From assembly GCF_006345805.1 (NCBI RefSeq), contig NC_043014.1, positions 5,518,001-5,582,000 of the forward strand: a DNA stretch of 64,000 bases. The letters run 5' to 3'. The stretch is from Octopus sinensis (Eukaryota). The position numbers and the translations under genes were made by a program. Shown in pieces: positions 1 to 13,619 of this stretch (the first letter of the stretch is position 1; every line of letters begins with the position of its first letter). The notes under the pieces were generated by a model that made no database searches, was not told the origin of the DNA, and saw only the letters and a list, made by a program, of their open reading frames with translations.

Positions 1-250
1 AACTTTTTAAATCCTCTATCAAGTTCCCATCTACTCTTCCTTCCTTCCTTCCTTACTTCCTTCCTTCCTTCCTTACTTCCTTCCTTCCTTCCTTTCTTCC
101 TTCCTTTCTTCCTTCTTTCCTTCCTTCCTTCCTTCCTCTCTTCTAATCATTGTCTCCCCAATTCATTAATTCCCTGCCAAGAAATTCTCTCCCACATGGT
201 TCACCAATTATTTTCTTTTAAACTACATTGTTTCCTTCGCAATTTCACAG

Positions 251-2159
251 GACCCGGTCCTGGATCCCTGTATACCCGGTGGGGTAGAACAAAATGTCCA
301 CGTAATTCCAGTCTGGTATACGATGGTTAGTATATTTTGTTTCTAATCTCTCTCTCTATTTCTTTCTCTCTCTCTCTCTCTCACTTTCTCTTCCTCTCTC
401 CTCCCTCCTTCTTTCTGATCTACACAAACGTTTTTCCTATTATAGTATATCACATTTTAAACGGCGATTATAGATTCTCTTGAGTTTACACAAAACTACT
501 TTCTCCGTTGAATTTATTTGGTCATAGCCGAAGTATAAATGGCGTCAAGAATGATCACACCAACAGGATATCATCTAAAGTACCCCCTTGAAACCAAACA
601 CAAAATATAGTTACCTAAGGACTATATGCATTAACTACGCACTATTCCACCACTTAATCACGCTAGTGCCCCATGGTAAGGCAATTCTGAGCTTTCCACT
701 CAGAAGACACTATTTTCCACCACTTCCCCATCAACTTTTCTTTCTTTATACGAGATTTGTTTTTGCTTGAAATACGATGGAACAGATTTTACCCGTCTAT
801 AACCGAACTCTTAACGGTTTCCTTAAAGGTTTCCCAATTCAGCTTAAACTGAACCTTACAATCCTTTCTCCACTCACTTTCCTGAAGACGTAAAATAACC
901 CCAGTGATGAAGCAAATAAAGCCAACGTGACCACAACGTGTATCTTCACGTGACCTGTCCACGACTAGCCGAGAGTTTTAGCTACTCTGTGCAGGATGTT
1001 CTGTTAATTAACATATAACTACCCATCGACTGTCAATACTCTCCACCTCACCGTGTTCTTCTATTTTATATTGGCTAAAAATTCCTTGTATCATTCTTCT
1101 ATATTATCTTCGTTAAAATTTGAACAAAATCGTCTTTTCCATTTTAGAGGAAATGCGTGACGTAACGGCCTTCCCTTCACACTCTTTTGACATCTGCACA
1201 CAACCATCTACAGCCATGTATCTAGACATATTCATAAATATTACCTACACAAACCCGTTGGCGTACACCTACAACATATATACATATAAATCATAGACAC
1301 GTACAGTTCTTAACTCATACACAAACATTCATTGAGCAACACAGCTTACACTCGCATCGATACTAGTTTGTATACACGAAACCTACACACGTAAACATAG
1401 TGAATGTCCAAACACATAGACACACGCACACGCGAACACACATAGACACAAAGACACACACACACACACACACATACACACACATAAACTCAATCACATA
1501 CACATTTAGACACACACACACAAACTCGGATGTGTGTCTATTTATAATCGCAAATTTTAAAATTGAAAGTTCCTTTTCAAGGATTTCTTTTAATCCAAGT
1601 TTTTCTTATTTCACTTTACTTAATATTTTATTTATTTGATATTTTCTTACCAATTCTAGGTGTGGTTGGTGGATCACCTTTTAACGAAACAGGCGGCGGA
1701 AGTAATCTCTTATGTCTACCTAACGACCCCATTTTAGCCAATCACACTACAAATTTTGAAAACTTTGCTCACATATATGGCAGTGAATATCAAACATCAA
1801 ATTCCTATGCGAAAAATCACTTTTCTTTTGCTAACGCTGAATCACTTTTTGATCACAACGTTCCGTGTGCTGTCTGTTTGACACGACAACCTGCTGTTGT
1901 TATGATGTTACCAGCCAGGACAAAGTGTTACGCTGGTTGGACGATTGAGTATTCAGGATATTTGATGACCCAGTATCATAATAATAAAGGCAGAATTGAA
2001 TATGTGTGTGTGGACCATGCACCAGAAGCTGATCCAGCTGGTTACAGAAACGAGAATGGAGCTTTATTATATTTTGTGGAGGGAATTTGTGGTTCATTGC
2101 CATGTCCACCGTATGTCTATCGTCGCATGTTAACCTGCGTTGTGTGCAGTAAATATTGA
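251..2159 (+). CDS. Paralog A (5'-partial): short-chain collagen C4-like / spongin short-chain collagen-related NC1-like domain protein; exon 3 = 251-325, exon 4 = 1660-2159
   Basis: Exon 3 (cacag|GACCC...GATG|gttagt, 75 nt, phase 1-1) encodes [24 protein letters not shown]. It splices in frame to ctag|GTGTGGTTGGT ([22 protein letters not shown]...VPCAVC...YVCVD...CGSLPCPPY...LTCVVCSKY*). The Y-x-RWG-x-x-x-CP and GGG-x-N-x-LCLP motifs and the Cys pattern are those of this family (recalled, not searched). Confidence 0.85.
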
Positions 2160-2451
2160 AGGGAATATAGTTGAATTTGCTTCTCTATGAAAACTTATGT
2201 TAACCAATTACAAGACATAATATAATATCATAAAACAATATAGACATTTTAAATTCTGTTTGATAATATTTTATCGAAGTTATATAAATCGTTAAAATAC
2301 TCTGCGCTACTAATTAACAGAAAAATATTATAATGGAGAGAAAATCGGTGCCCGAGAATGTGAGAATTATGCTTATAGAACAATGCAAAGCTGAGTGAAT
2401 AATTCTAGATAAACATTGTATAAGGATCAGTTCATAAAACTAAAATGTGGA

Positions 2452-2507
2452 AATAAAATTGTATTTCGTTTAACTGTATTTTGTGTTCTGTCTTAAATAT
2501 CAATAAA
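2452..2507 (+). terminator. Candidate polyadenylation signals of paralog A (AATAAA at 2452-2457 and 2502-2507); equivalents follow exon 4 of B, C and D
   Basis: AATAAA lies ~300 nt after the stop, and the first one is followed by a GT-rich tract (tgtattttgtgttctgtc). Confidence 0.4.
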
Positions 2508-3730
2508 CCCCACTTGAAGTAATATCATAGAAATATATGATGATTCCATCATTTTTGAGAGGAATGTAAGTAGTAATCCTCTCACCACCTATTATGTTTT
2601 TACCTGTATCTATACAACCTCGTGGCCCGCCACAAGATTAGTTGACATCCTCATAACCGGGACACGTAACCCTCACACCTTGCACCATTTCCTAAAACTG
2701 ATGCACAACAATCAGAAATTAAATCACCAGTGAATATCGAATACGAATAATTCTCTCACTTAAAAGCAGAAAAATGGTAAATTGGAGCAAACATTTGCTT
2801 TACAACACTTACCACATATATAGAAAGCAGAGTAAAGACAGCAAAAGGACGTAGAAACATAATGAGGCTAAGCAAAGTTACTCTGTGTAAACTGTGTGAT
2901 ATGTTGAGACTGTTACAGCACATCCAATAAGAAACATCACTATGTGTTAGTGTAGAATATTCCTTAGATAAAAAAGAAGAAGATGGATATTTGGGAGACA
3001 CAACGTCTTTCATGCAAGTAATTGAGTGCCATAAGCTTGCCATTAAGAAAATGCATGTATTTAGACATTTATAATAGGAATCAACTTTAAAGGTATACAT
3101 GTGTTTATTCTTAACCCAATAAATCTTTTGGAAAATTCGGACTGAGAATCGCAGCTACGTTCGAGTGGCACAGAGTGTGTTCTGTTTCATTAAATATTTC
3201 TGCGATATGATAGTTTAGATGAGCTCAACCGTCTATTTATTTGTTTAATACTATTAAACACTCGACGTATTTCCTTACTTATATGCGGTCAACATTTAGA
3301 GTTTCATATATTTTGAAATAAATTTATACTTTTTTATTTACTTTCTAATGTTTGAACCTGAAAAAAGACATGTTAATGCTTTTAATAATAAACACCTATT
3401 CATTTATACAAGGTTTTTTGTTCCTTACCAAATTACATCAATGATTGGAACAAAATCAAATGACTCACAAAAGCGATCCACCACAAACCTGCAACTTTCT
3501 TCCTTCCTGGATACTTTGGGCAAAGATAAAGAGTGCAGGGAAGAGCATGGTGATTCTACTGGGGGTGGGGCAAAATAAAGCAATCTAATAGATGATAATG
3601 TTTTTATTAAAAAAAAATTATGCTTAAATAAAAGTAATTCAATATAAATATGATAACATTTACAAGGAACAAAACAAAAACAAGCAATAATAAATCTCTG
3701 AACGAGATGTAAACAGTAACCGATCGACAA

Positions 3731-3979
3731 CGTAAAGTATAATAGCCATCTCAATATGGCTAACCACCACAAAGGGTGGGTGTTACTGTAGCTTGTAGCC
3801 CCCGGAGATCATCGTCTCTAGCTGGCTTTAGGCACACTATCTATGCCCTTATGGTATTTGCAAAGGCAGGTCATTGTGTGCCTAAAGCCAGCTGGAGACG
3901 ATGATCTCCTGGGGCTAAAAGCTACAGTAACACCCACCCTTTGTGGTTAGCCATATTGAGATGGCGATTATACTTTACG
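3731..3979. mobile_element. Foldback / MITE-like inverted-repeat element (arms 3731-3837 and 3876-3979)
   Basis: CGTAAAGTATAAT...CTTTAGGCACAC is reverse-complementary to GTGTGCCTAAAG...ATTATACTTTACG, with few mismatches and a 38-nt loop. No TSD is evident. Confidence 0.7.
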
Positions 3980-4217
3980 GAAACAAAAACAGTTAAGTCT
4001 AAAACAGAATTATGAAAAACACACATGTTTAAAAAAGCAATTTTTTTCATTGCTGCAATTTTTCTAAATTAGGTTGCCTGTCATATCTTCGAAATTATCT
4101 ACAGGGTGAAATTATCTCTGGGCCAAGTTTCCTACGGTGATAATTCCTGAGACGAGTTTTTCTGAAGTTTAAGTGTTTACGGCGAATATTCCCAGAACCG
4201 TCAAAGATAAGCTAGTA

Positions 4218-4319
4218 AAAGCCATCGCAGTTGAATCTGGTGTTAAAAAGGGCGGCCTCCTACCTACTACGATGTTTGCCATTTGGTTTGTTGCTGATTT
4301 GCTCCAAGCCTTTCAGGCT
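4218..4319 (+). mobile_element. Degenerate non-LTR (RTE-like) reverse-transcriptase fragment; second copy at ~37518-37619
   Basis: Translates as KAIAVESGVKKGGLLPTTMFAIWFVADLLQAF, resembling the RT GVKQG..L.P.LF motif. Short and decayed. Confidence 0.4.
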
Positions 4320-4539
4320 GTGTCACTCGCTACAGGTTAGACATTGAAATACTAGTGAATACCGACGATGACTAATGTATACTGAAGCCCCAACCCGGCT
4401 GTTCTCGGCGTCCTGCATGCTGGAATGCATGCATTCTAATGAATTCTACAAATGTATGATACTACACACACACACACACACTTAAACAACACGCACACAT
4501 AAACACACACACAGACACACACTCACACACACACACACA

Positions 4540-4578
<39 letters not shown>

Positions 4579-4934
4579 CCGCAGAGAAGATTTTGATTAT
4601 CATAAATTTATCGTCAGCAGAAATATTCTAATAAGATTAATTGTAAATATAATGGAATAATCTTTAACATCAGGTTTGTTATGAAGTAACCAATAAAAGC
4701 ACTAGACTGCATTAAATAAAGCTTTGCAGTTACAGTCTGTACAGATGTTGAACGGACAATGTAGTCCCCTACATGAATATTACAGCAGTTTCGCAAAAAT
4801 AAAGAAGTAAACATTAAGAAATAAATAAATAAGAATTCTCCAACAAATAGGCATTTGTTTTCAGTTTACAAATTTGTGCTGAAGTCAGTAAAATATTCTG
4901 CTGACTGTTCTGTGTTAATCGTGGATCATCTCCA

Positions 4935-5202
4935 TCCAATCACAAAAGGTGTCATTTAAAAGGTGACACCCACAATTATTGTAATATCAATCTGATTGGT
5001 TCCTGAATTTACGATTAGATTTTCGGCGGGGTTGGGTTGTGGAGGGTGAAAAATATCAAAAAGACGGAATCAGACGTCAACAATTTTCAGTTACGATCCC
5101 AAAGCGAGAAGATCACACTTATAAACTCCAGCTTACATCAACTTCAGATTTATCATTAAACCAAAACGAAATAACAGGCTGCACGGACGACCGAAAACCG
5201 CA
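4935..5202 (+). promoter_or_regulatory. Putative proximal promoter of paralog B: CCAAT boxes, GGTGTCA-N9-TGACACC palindrome (4948-4970), TATAAA (5120-5125); repeated upstream of C, D and E
   Basis: Motifs are seen directly. TATAAA is ~80 nt upstream of an ATG in good context (gcaATGG). Their conservation is uninformative because the copies are recent. Confidence 0.45.
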
Positions 5203-5507
5203 ATGGAAATCGCTAAGGTGGGGAAGATCATTTGGCAGAGGTTTTCTGTTTCTTCTTTCATAACTTTTGGACTGTTTCTCGTGTTGACCATCACGATTCT
5301 TCATTTAGATGCAACGACCAGAAAGATAGAAGAAAAATCATCCGCAGTAAGTAGAGGACACCTGAAGATTCTATATTTTAGTTGCAAGAAATGTATACGT
5401 ATATCCATCCATCCATCCATCCATCCATCCATCCATCCATCCATACATACATACATACATACGCACATACATACATATATAGACACATGTATATATATGT
5501 ATTGTTT

Positions 5508-5538
<31 letters not shown>

Positions 5539-5972
5539 GTGTGTATATATATATATATATGAGTGTATATATATATATATGTGTGTGTGTGTATATGTAT
5601 ATATATATATGAGTGTATATATATATATATATGTGTGTGTGTATATATATATACATATCTATATATGTATATATGTATTTATGTACATATATGTTCATAC
5701 ATACACATACACACACAACCAAACACACATCATCTGTACACATTCCCTTCTCTCTCTTCGGTTCTTCTCAATCTCTCCCTTTTCATCCTCTTAATCCTTT
5801 TTATCCTCTTAATCCTTTTAATCCTCTTAATCCTTTCTGTGGAAAAGCGTGCGGTCGAAACAGAAAAAACTCTTCCATTCTACCCGAGCGTTGAAATTAA
5901 TGCACTTGCTTGTGGTTTCTACACCCGTCCTTTTCTTTTGTTTTCTGTAAATTTGAAATCTCTCTCTCATTC

Positions 5973-6006
<34 letters not shown>

Positions 6007-6007
6007 C

Positions 6008-6104
<97 letters not shown>

Positions 6105-6155
6105 GTCTATGTATTTATCTATCTATTTATCTCTTCATCTAGCTATGTATCAATT

Positions 6156-6187
<32 letters not shown>

Positions 6188-6730
6188 TCTCTCCCTATAT
6201 ATATATATATATATATATATCTATGAACGCATTCTTTCAGCTTCCATTTAGAACAGAAGCTTCATACCGTGCAGCCAGGCCTGCACCAACAGAAATCGAT
6301 CCCATGTCGGCAATCGAACCCTGACCGACTGAACGATAGCTAGGAATTTTATGTGTGTACATATAACATGCACACACACAATTGTTATATATTTCAGCCA
6401 GTATAGGCCCAGGCTATGTATAACTTAATAGCACCAACAGGTGAAGCAGTTTAGAACCTGATTCCCATCTCAGTCATAAGATTTTTAATGTTGGAGACAT
6501 ATCCGGGTGTTGGAGGTTGGTCGAAGATTTTTCAGGGGGAAAATTTGTCCTGAGATATTTTGAATTTTATGTAATCAGTTTTCGGTTTAATGTATTCTGC
6601 TATAATATTAAAGAGAGCTGGACCGGTTGAGGTAAGGTATTCGTGTCATATATACATATACATACATATATACATATATGTATAGATATATATACATATA
6701 TATATATATATAAATATATACATATATATA

Positions 6731-6785
<55 letters not shown>

Positions 6786-6882
6786 AAATATATTATATAT
6801 ATGCATATATATGTATAAATATATTATATATATGTATATATATATGCATATATATATATAAATATATTATATATATATACAC

Positions 6883-6926
<44 letters not shown>

Positions 6927-6973
6927 CTGTATACATACATACATACAAACATATATATATATCTATCTCTCTA

Positions 6974-7057
<84 letters not shown>

Positions 7058-7250
7058 CATACATACGCTTACACACAACTATATATAAAATTACTTCTCG
7101 TATATATATCTACTAACATATTAATGGATGGACGATTTTTAATGTGTTTAGAGAGATCGATAGACAGAACTATCGATCGTTTGATAAATAGATATATTGG
7201 TAGATAGGTGGACAGCCTGACTGTGAGTTTGATAGATAGATAGATAGATT

Positions 7251-7316
<66 letters not shown>

Positions 7317-7862
7317 AAGATCGATTGATTGGATAGTTTCATTTACTCGTGTTCATAAATGTCAGGAAGTTGTAGTTCGATTCCTTACAGGCCAGTGATG
7401 AACAGGTTCTGAATTTCAGGGACCTCGAAAGGATAAAGACAAGGCGCGACTACGCGGAATTTGATCATTATCTTGAAATATTCAGTATTGTAGATGACAA
7501 TTATAAAAGCCCCCAGAAAGGTTGTGCGATAGATAGTGTTGCAAAATAGAAAGCAATGAATTTGTCAATTACTATACGTAGCAAAGACATAGGATTAGAA
7601 AAATGTAAGTTAGTTTACAAGTCAATAATGAATTGTGTTCCATGTTGTAAGATAGAGATTGGCATTTCTTGCTGAAACATTTTACATAGAAAGGCCTTAT
7701 ATATGTACGTCTGCCGCTTTCGTGTGCATACATAAATGAACATGTATGAATGTATCGCTTCATGTGTATATTCGAATGTGCATACACACACACACACACA
7801 CAAAATAAACACACACAGACAGACACAAAGAGACACACACGCGCGCACACACACACAACACA

Positions 7863-7898
<36 letters not shown>

Positions 7899-7949
7899 TA
7901 CACACACAAACACAGACATACACAAACAGACAGACACACACACAAATAG

Positions 7950-7980
<31 letters not shown>

Positions 7981-10900
7981 TACACACACAGAGACGCACA
8001 GAAATATAGATACATACACTATGGTCTTTTTCTTCGGATGACGTTTTCGTGCTTAATTGCCGAAGAATTCCGGGGATGATTTGTTTCCAGAGCTCCCTCC
8101 GTCAAATTAATGAGCAAGTCCAGAAATGTGCCATACGATCAGTTGTCGATATATTTGCAGTGCAATGTAAATAGTTTTGCCCAAGAACATAACGCCCCAC
8201 CTTCTGCTTGAATCGAACGTACAACCCTTTGTTCGTGAGTTTAAAACCTGAAGCACTAATCCACGTTTAAATATTTTAGCGTATATAAATATATGCATCT
8301 ATCCCTATAAGGCAGACTTACATAAACGAACAAACACGCATTCACATGCGGAAAGATACACACAAACGCATATATATCGGATTGTTGGACCGCTCAATTC
8401 CGCACAGATCTTTTTCCGTGAAAATAAATAACTTTTCCATTGAAACAAAAATAATAGTTTCCAAAACCGTGTATCTCTCACTATACGTCAACATGCACGA
8501 AGAATGTAGCAAATACATTTGGGAAAACGGTTGTTCCAGTTTGTAAATCTACAAGTAGAAGGGTAGATATCCCAGTATTTATTGATTTCGCTTTCTTTGT
8601 CGAATTGGCACCCAAAGCTCTACGTAATTTATTTTTTAAAATGTATTTAACTTTCCGTACTGGTTTCTTCAGCTGAAGGCACCGTCACGTCCGAACGAAT
8701 ATTAGCGAGGAAGTATAAATTCAAAATTCAAATTAGTTATCATCATCTAAAAAAACTATTGATAAAATGGCCAACGAACATAATGTGAATATGAAAAATA
8801 TATATGAATAGTCAGGGTACACTAAGTAACTATTTGCATGAAAGAAGAATGAAATTCCCAAACCACGTATCTCTCAATATATGTAAACACGCACGAAGAA
8901 TGGTGCAAATACTCTAAGAAATTTTAATTTATGTTGGTTTGCCATTGTTGATTTCGGAAGTCGGGGGCCTTCAACTGAATAAAGGTACACAGAAAGGTAA
9001 ATATATTTTTAAAATTAGGTTACGTAGAAAGCGAAATGAATCGTGTCTGAGATATCTACCCACCTGTTTGAAGATTTACAAACTGGAAGATTAGTTTTTC
9101 TAAATGAATTTGCAACATTCTCCGTGCGTGTTTCCGTTCGTTAGGCTTAATTAACTCTCATTGTGATGGGTTTGTTTTGCCGTATAAAAGCATGAAATAA
9201 AGGACTACCTGATGCACAGAGCAGGTAGGAATGCGATAAGCCACCAAGATGTAACACAACGATGAAAATTTGGTGGAATTAACAATGAAGTTGTCTGCCA
9301 CATCTTCAAAAGAAGCTGTCCAAAAGTGCCATTGTTGTATTGCTTAGCTTTAAATTCTAAACATTGATGAATGTTCTGAAAATCTATTTCTATGATGTTG
9401 TTTTCATTTTTTTACAGAACCGTTTCCTTTCCAAGAAATCTCTGGATGACAAAGCTGTTCACACGCCAAGTAAGAACTAATTTTATATCGTGAAAGATAT
9501 AAACGTAAAAAACGTTGCTCAGTAATTCTGCGAGTCTGGTGGTTCTAGAGAAATCATGCACCTGTCTTTGAGGGCCATTCTAGAGGGAAGCAATTGTTAT
9601 TAAGATTTTCTAGCCTTTTATTTAACTTTTGATCTAGCCTTTTATTTGATGCTCCAACCTTGAATTAATTTATCTCAAAAAATTTAGTTGAAGACTCGAT
9701 CATCATTGCTAAAAAACCGCATTGAATTCGGCTGAGAAGTGAATTAGTGATGAATCATGCAAATCTTTACCAGTAACTAAAAGTATACATTCACCCCCAG
9801 GCGTGGGGGACTATTTCTCGGAATCAGCTTTACGTTCATAGGAAAAAGAATTTTCAAACTCTTTGTTTGTTTGTTTGTTTGTTTCTTAATTTTTTTCTCT
9901 CATTCTTTCTTTCTTCCTTTCTTTCTTTCATTCATTCTTTCTTTCTTTTTTCTTTCTTTCTTTCTTTCTTCTTCTTCTTTTCTTTCTTTTCTTTCTTTTC
10001 TTCTTTCTTTCTTTCTTTCATTCTTTCTTTCTTAACTTTTTAAATCCTCTATCAAGTTCCCATCTACTCTTCCTTCCTTCCTTCCTTCCTTCTAATCATT
10101 GTCTCCCCAATTCATTAATTCCCAGCCAAGATATTCTCTCCCACATGGTTCACCAATTATTTTCTTTTAAACTACATTGTTTCCTTCGCAATTTCGCAGG
10201 ACCCGGTCCTGGATCCCTGTATACCCGGTGGGGTAGAACAAAATGTCCACGTATTTCAAGTCTGGTATACGATGGTTAGTATATTTTGTTTCTAATCTCT
10301 CTCTCTATTTCTTTCTCTCTCTCTCTCTCACTTTCTCTTCCTCTCTCCTCCCTCCTTCTTTCTGATCTACACAAACGTTTTTCCTATTATAGTATATCAC
10401 ATTTTAAACGGCGATTATAGATTCTTTTGAGTTTACACAAAACTACTTTCTCCGTTGAATTTATTTGGTCATAGCCGAAGTATAAATGGCGTCAAGAATG
10501 ATCACACCAACAGGATATCATCGAAATTACCCTCATGAACCCAACCACAGAATATAGTTACCGAAGGACTGTATGCATTAACTACGCACTACTCCACCAC
10601 TTAATCACGCTAGTGCCTCATGGTAAGGCAATTCTGAGCTTTCCAGTCAGAAGACACTATTTTCCACCTCTTCCCCACCAACTGTTCTTTCTTTAAACGA
10701 GATTTGTTTTTGCTTGAAATGCGATGGAACAGATTTTACCTGTCTATAACCGAACCATTAACGGTTTTATTAAAGGTTTCCCAATTCAGCTTAAACTGAA
10801 CTTTACAATCCTTTCTCCTCTCACTTTCCTTAAGACGTAAAATAACCCCAGTGATGCAGCAAATAAAACCAACGTGACCTGTTCACGACTAGCCGAGAGT

Positions 10901-12079
10901 TTTAGCTACGGTGTGCAGGATGTTCTGTTAAATAACTTTTAACTCCCTATCGACTGTCAATACTCTGCACCTCACCGTGTTCTTCTATTTTATATTGGTT
11001 AAAAATTCCTTGCATCGTTCTTCTATTTTATCTCCGTTAAAATTTGAACAAAATCGTCTTTTTCCATTTTAGAGGAAATGCGTGACGTAACGGCCTTCCC
11101 TTCACACTCTTTTGACATCTGCACACAACCATCTACAGCCATGTATCTAGACATATTCATAAATATTACCTACACAAACACGTTGGCGTACACCTACAAC
11201 ATATATACATATAAATCATAGACACGTACAGTTCTTAACTCATACACAAACATTCATTCAGCAACACAGCTTACACTCGCATCGATAGTAGTTTGTATAC
11301 ACAAACCTACACACGTAAACATAGTGAATGTTCAAACACATAGACACACGCACACGCGCACACACATAGACACAAAGACACACACACACTTATACACACA
11401 CACACACATAAACTCAATCACACACACATACAGACACACACACAACTCGTATGTGTGTCTATTTATAATCGCCAATTTTAAAATTGAAAGTTCCTTTTCA
11501 AGGATTTCTTTTAATCCAAGTTTTTCTTATTTCACTTTACTTAATATTTTATTTATTTGATATTTCTTACCAATTCTAGGTGTGGTTGGTGGAACAGCGC
11601 ATAACGAAACAGGCGGCGGAAGTAATCTCTTATGTCTACCTAACGACCCCATTTGGGCAAATTACACTGGAGAAGCTACATACTGGAGTCACATGTATGG
11701 CAGTGAATATCAAACACAAAATTCCTATGCGAAAAAATACTTTTCTTTTGCTAACGCTGAATCACTTTTTGAACACAATGTTCCGTGTGCTGTCTGTTTG
11801 ACACGACAACCTACTGTTGTTATGATGTTACCAGCCAGGACAAAGTGTTACGCTGGTTGGACAGCTGAGTATTCAGGATATTTGATGACCGAACGTCATA
11901 CACATAAGGGTAGACATGAATATGTGTGTGTGGACTATGCACCAGAAGCTGATCCAGCTGGTTACAGAAACGAGAATGGAGCTTTATTATATTTTGTGAA
12001 GGGAATTTGTGGTTCATTGCCATGTCCACCGTATGTCTATGGTCGCATATTAACCTGCGTTGTGTGCAGTAAACATTGA
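5203..12079 (+). CDS. Paralog B, complete: short-chain collagen C4-like (NC1-like domain) protein, 256 aa; exons 5203-5346, 9418-9469, 10200-10274, 11580-12079
   Basis: All introns are GT..AG with compatible phases 0/1/1. 144+52+75+500 = 771 nt = 256 aa + stop. Exon 1 is [13 protein letters not shown] plus hydrophobic [22 protein letters not shown]. Exon 2 is [17 protein letters not shown]. Exons 3-4 encode the 10-Cys domain. Confidence 0.85.
6650..7070. repeat. (TA)n-rich compound microsatellite in intron 1; one example of many (TA)n, (CA)n, (GATA)n, (CATA)n and (CT)n tracts across the window
   Basis: Seen directly. These tracts generate the poly-YI, CV, TH and SIYL ORFs in the track. Confidence 0.95.
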
Positions 12080-13619
12080 ATGGAATATGGTTGAGTTTGC
12101 TTCTCTATGAACACTTATGTTAACCAATTACAAGACATAATATAATATCATAAAACAATATAGACATTTTAAATTCTGTTTGATAATATTTTATCGAAGT
12201 TATATAAATCGTTAAAATACTCTGCGCTACTAATTAACAGATAAATATTATAATGGAGAGAAAATCGGCGCTAGAGAATGTGAGAATTATGCTTATAGAA
12301 CAATGCAAAGCTGAGAGAATAATTCTAGATAAACATTGTATAAGGATCAGTTCATAAAACTAAAATGTGGAAATAAAATTGTATTTCGTTTAACTGTATT
12401 TTGTGTTCTGTCTTAAATATCAATAAATCCCACTTGAAGTAATATCATAGAAATATATGATGGTTCCATCATTTTTGAGAGGAATGTTAGTAGTAATCCT
12501 CTCACCACCTATTTTGTATTTACCTGTATTTATACAACCTCGTGACCCCGCCACAAGATTAGTTGACATCCTCATAACCGGGACACGTAACCCTCACACC
12601 TTGCACCATTTCCTAAACACTGATGCACAACAATCAGAAATTAAATCACCAGCGAGTATCGAATAAGAATATTTCTCTCACTGAAAAGCAGAATAATGGT
12701 AATTTGGAGCAAAGATTTGCTTTACAACACTTACCACATATATAGAAAGCAGAGTAAAGACAGCAAAAGGACGTATAAACATAATGAGGGTAAGCAAAGT
12801 TACTCTGTGTAAACTGTGTGATATGTTGAGACTGTTACAGCACATCCAATAAGAAACATCACTATGTGTTAGTGTAGAATATTCCTTAGATAAAAAAGAA
12901 GAAGATGGATATTTGGGAGACACAACGTCTTTCATGCAAGTAATTGAGTGCCATAAGCTTGCCATTAAGAAAATGCATGTATTTAGACATTTATAATAGG
13001 AATCAACTTTAAAGGTATACATGTGTTTATTCTTAACCCAATAAATCTTTTGGAAAATTCGGACTGAGAATTTTATCTACGTTCGAGTGGCACAGAGTGC
13101 GTCCTGTTTCAATCAATATTTCTGCGATATGATTTTTTAGATGAGCTCAACCGTCTATTTATTTGTTTAATACTATAATACACTCGACGTATTTACTCCC
13201 GTCATAACATGGACAAATGGCATGCATCTAATCAAATCTTAAGTTTCCCTGCTGGAATGTACGCACATGTTCAGACTCGCCCGGCTCCACACACTCTGAC
13301 CGCCGTATTGCTTTTATAGGGAAGTAACTGTTTCGATGTAACATCAATATAGTTGTACTCTCAGAATCGAGGGTCCTGATGACGGCCAGTTAAAAGATAT
13401 TTGGATACACTTTATAACATGCCGGCTGGAAATATCATCATTGGGTGAGACAAGCTGACACTGAATCAGCGTCACTGACTGACAGGTGGCGGTCGTTTAG
13501 AGAATGCGCGGGCTGAAATTACTCAGTTAAAGTGAGACTGTTTCACGTGACAACTTGCTGGGGCTGCCTGCTGGAGCCTTGCGGCAGGTATTTAAAGGGA
13601 AGAATTTGACAAGTCAGTC

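Noticed and set aside
1563-1659. Hydrophobic N-terminal extension of ORF 1563..2159 ([32 protein letters not shown]) that looks like a signal peptide
   Set aside because: It is the T-rich 3' end of intron 3. It has a TTG start, is out of frame in B, differs in C, and a canonical ctag|G acceptor joins exon 3 in phase.
5790-5910. [17 protein letters not shown] segment as a possible extra exon
   Set aside because: There is no suitable acceptor, the frame differs in C, and the segment is absent from D and E.
6241-6324. Possible alternative terminal exon (cag|[27 protein letters not shown]) present in all four intron-1 copies, which would give a 75-aa membrane micropeptide
   Set aside because: The polypyrimidine tract is weak, the differences between copies are largely nonsynonymous, and recent duplication explains the retained frame. 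It would need junction reads.
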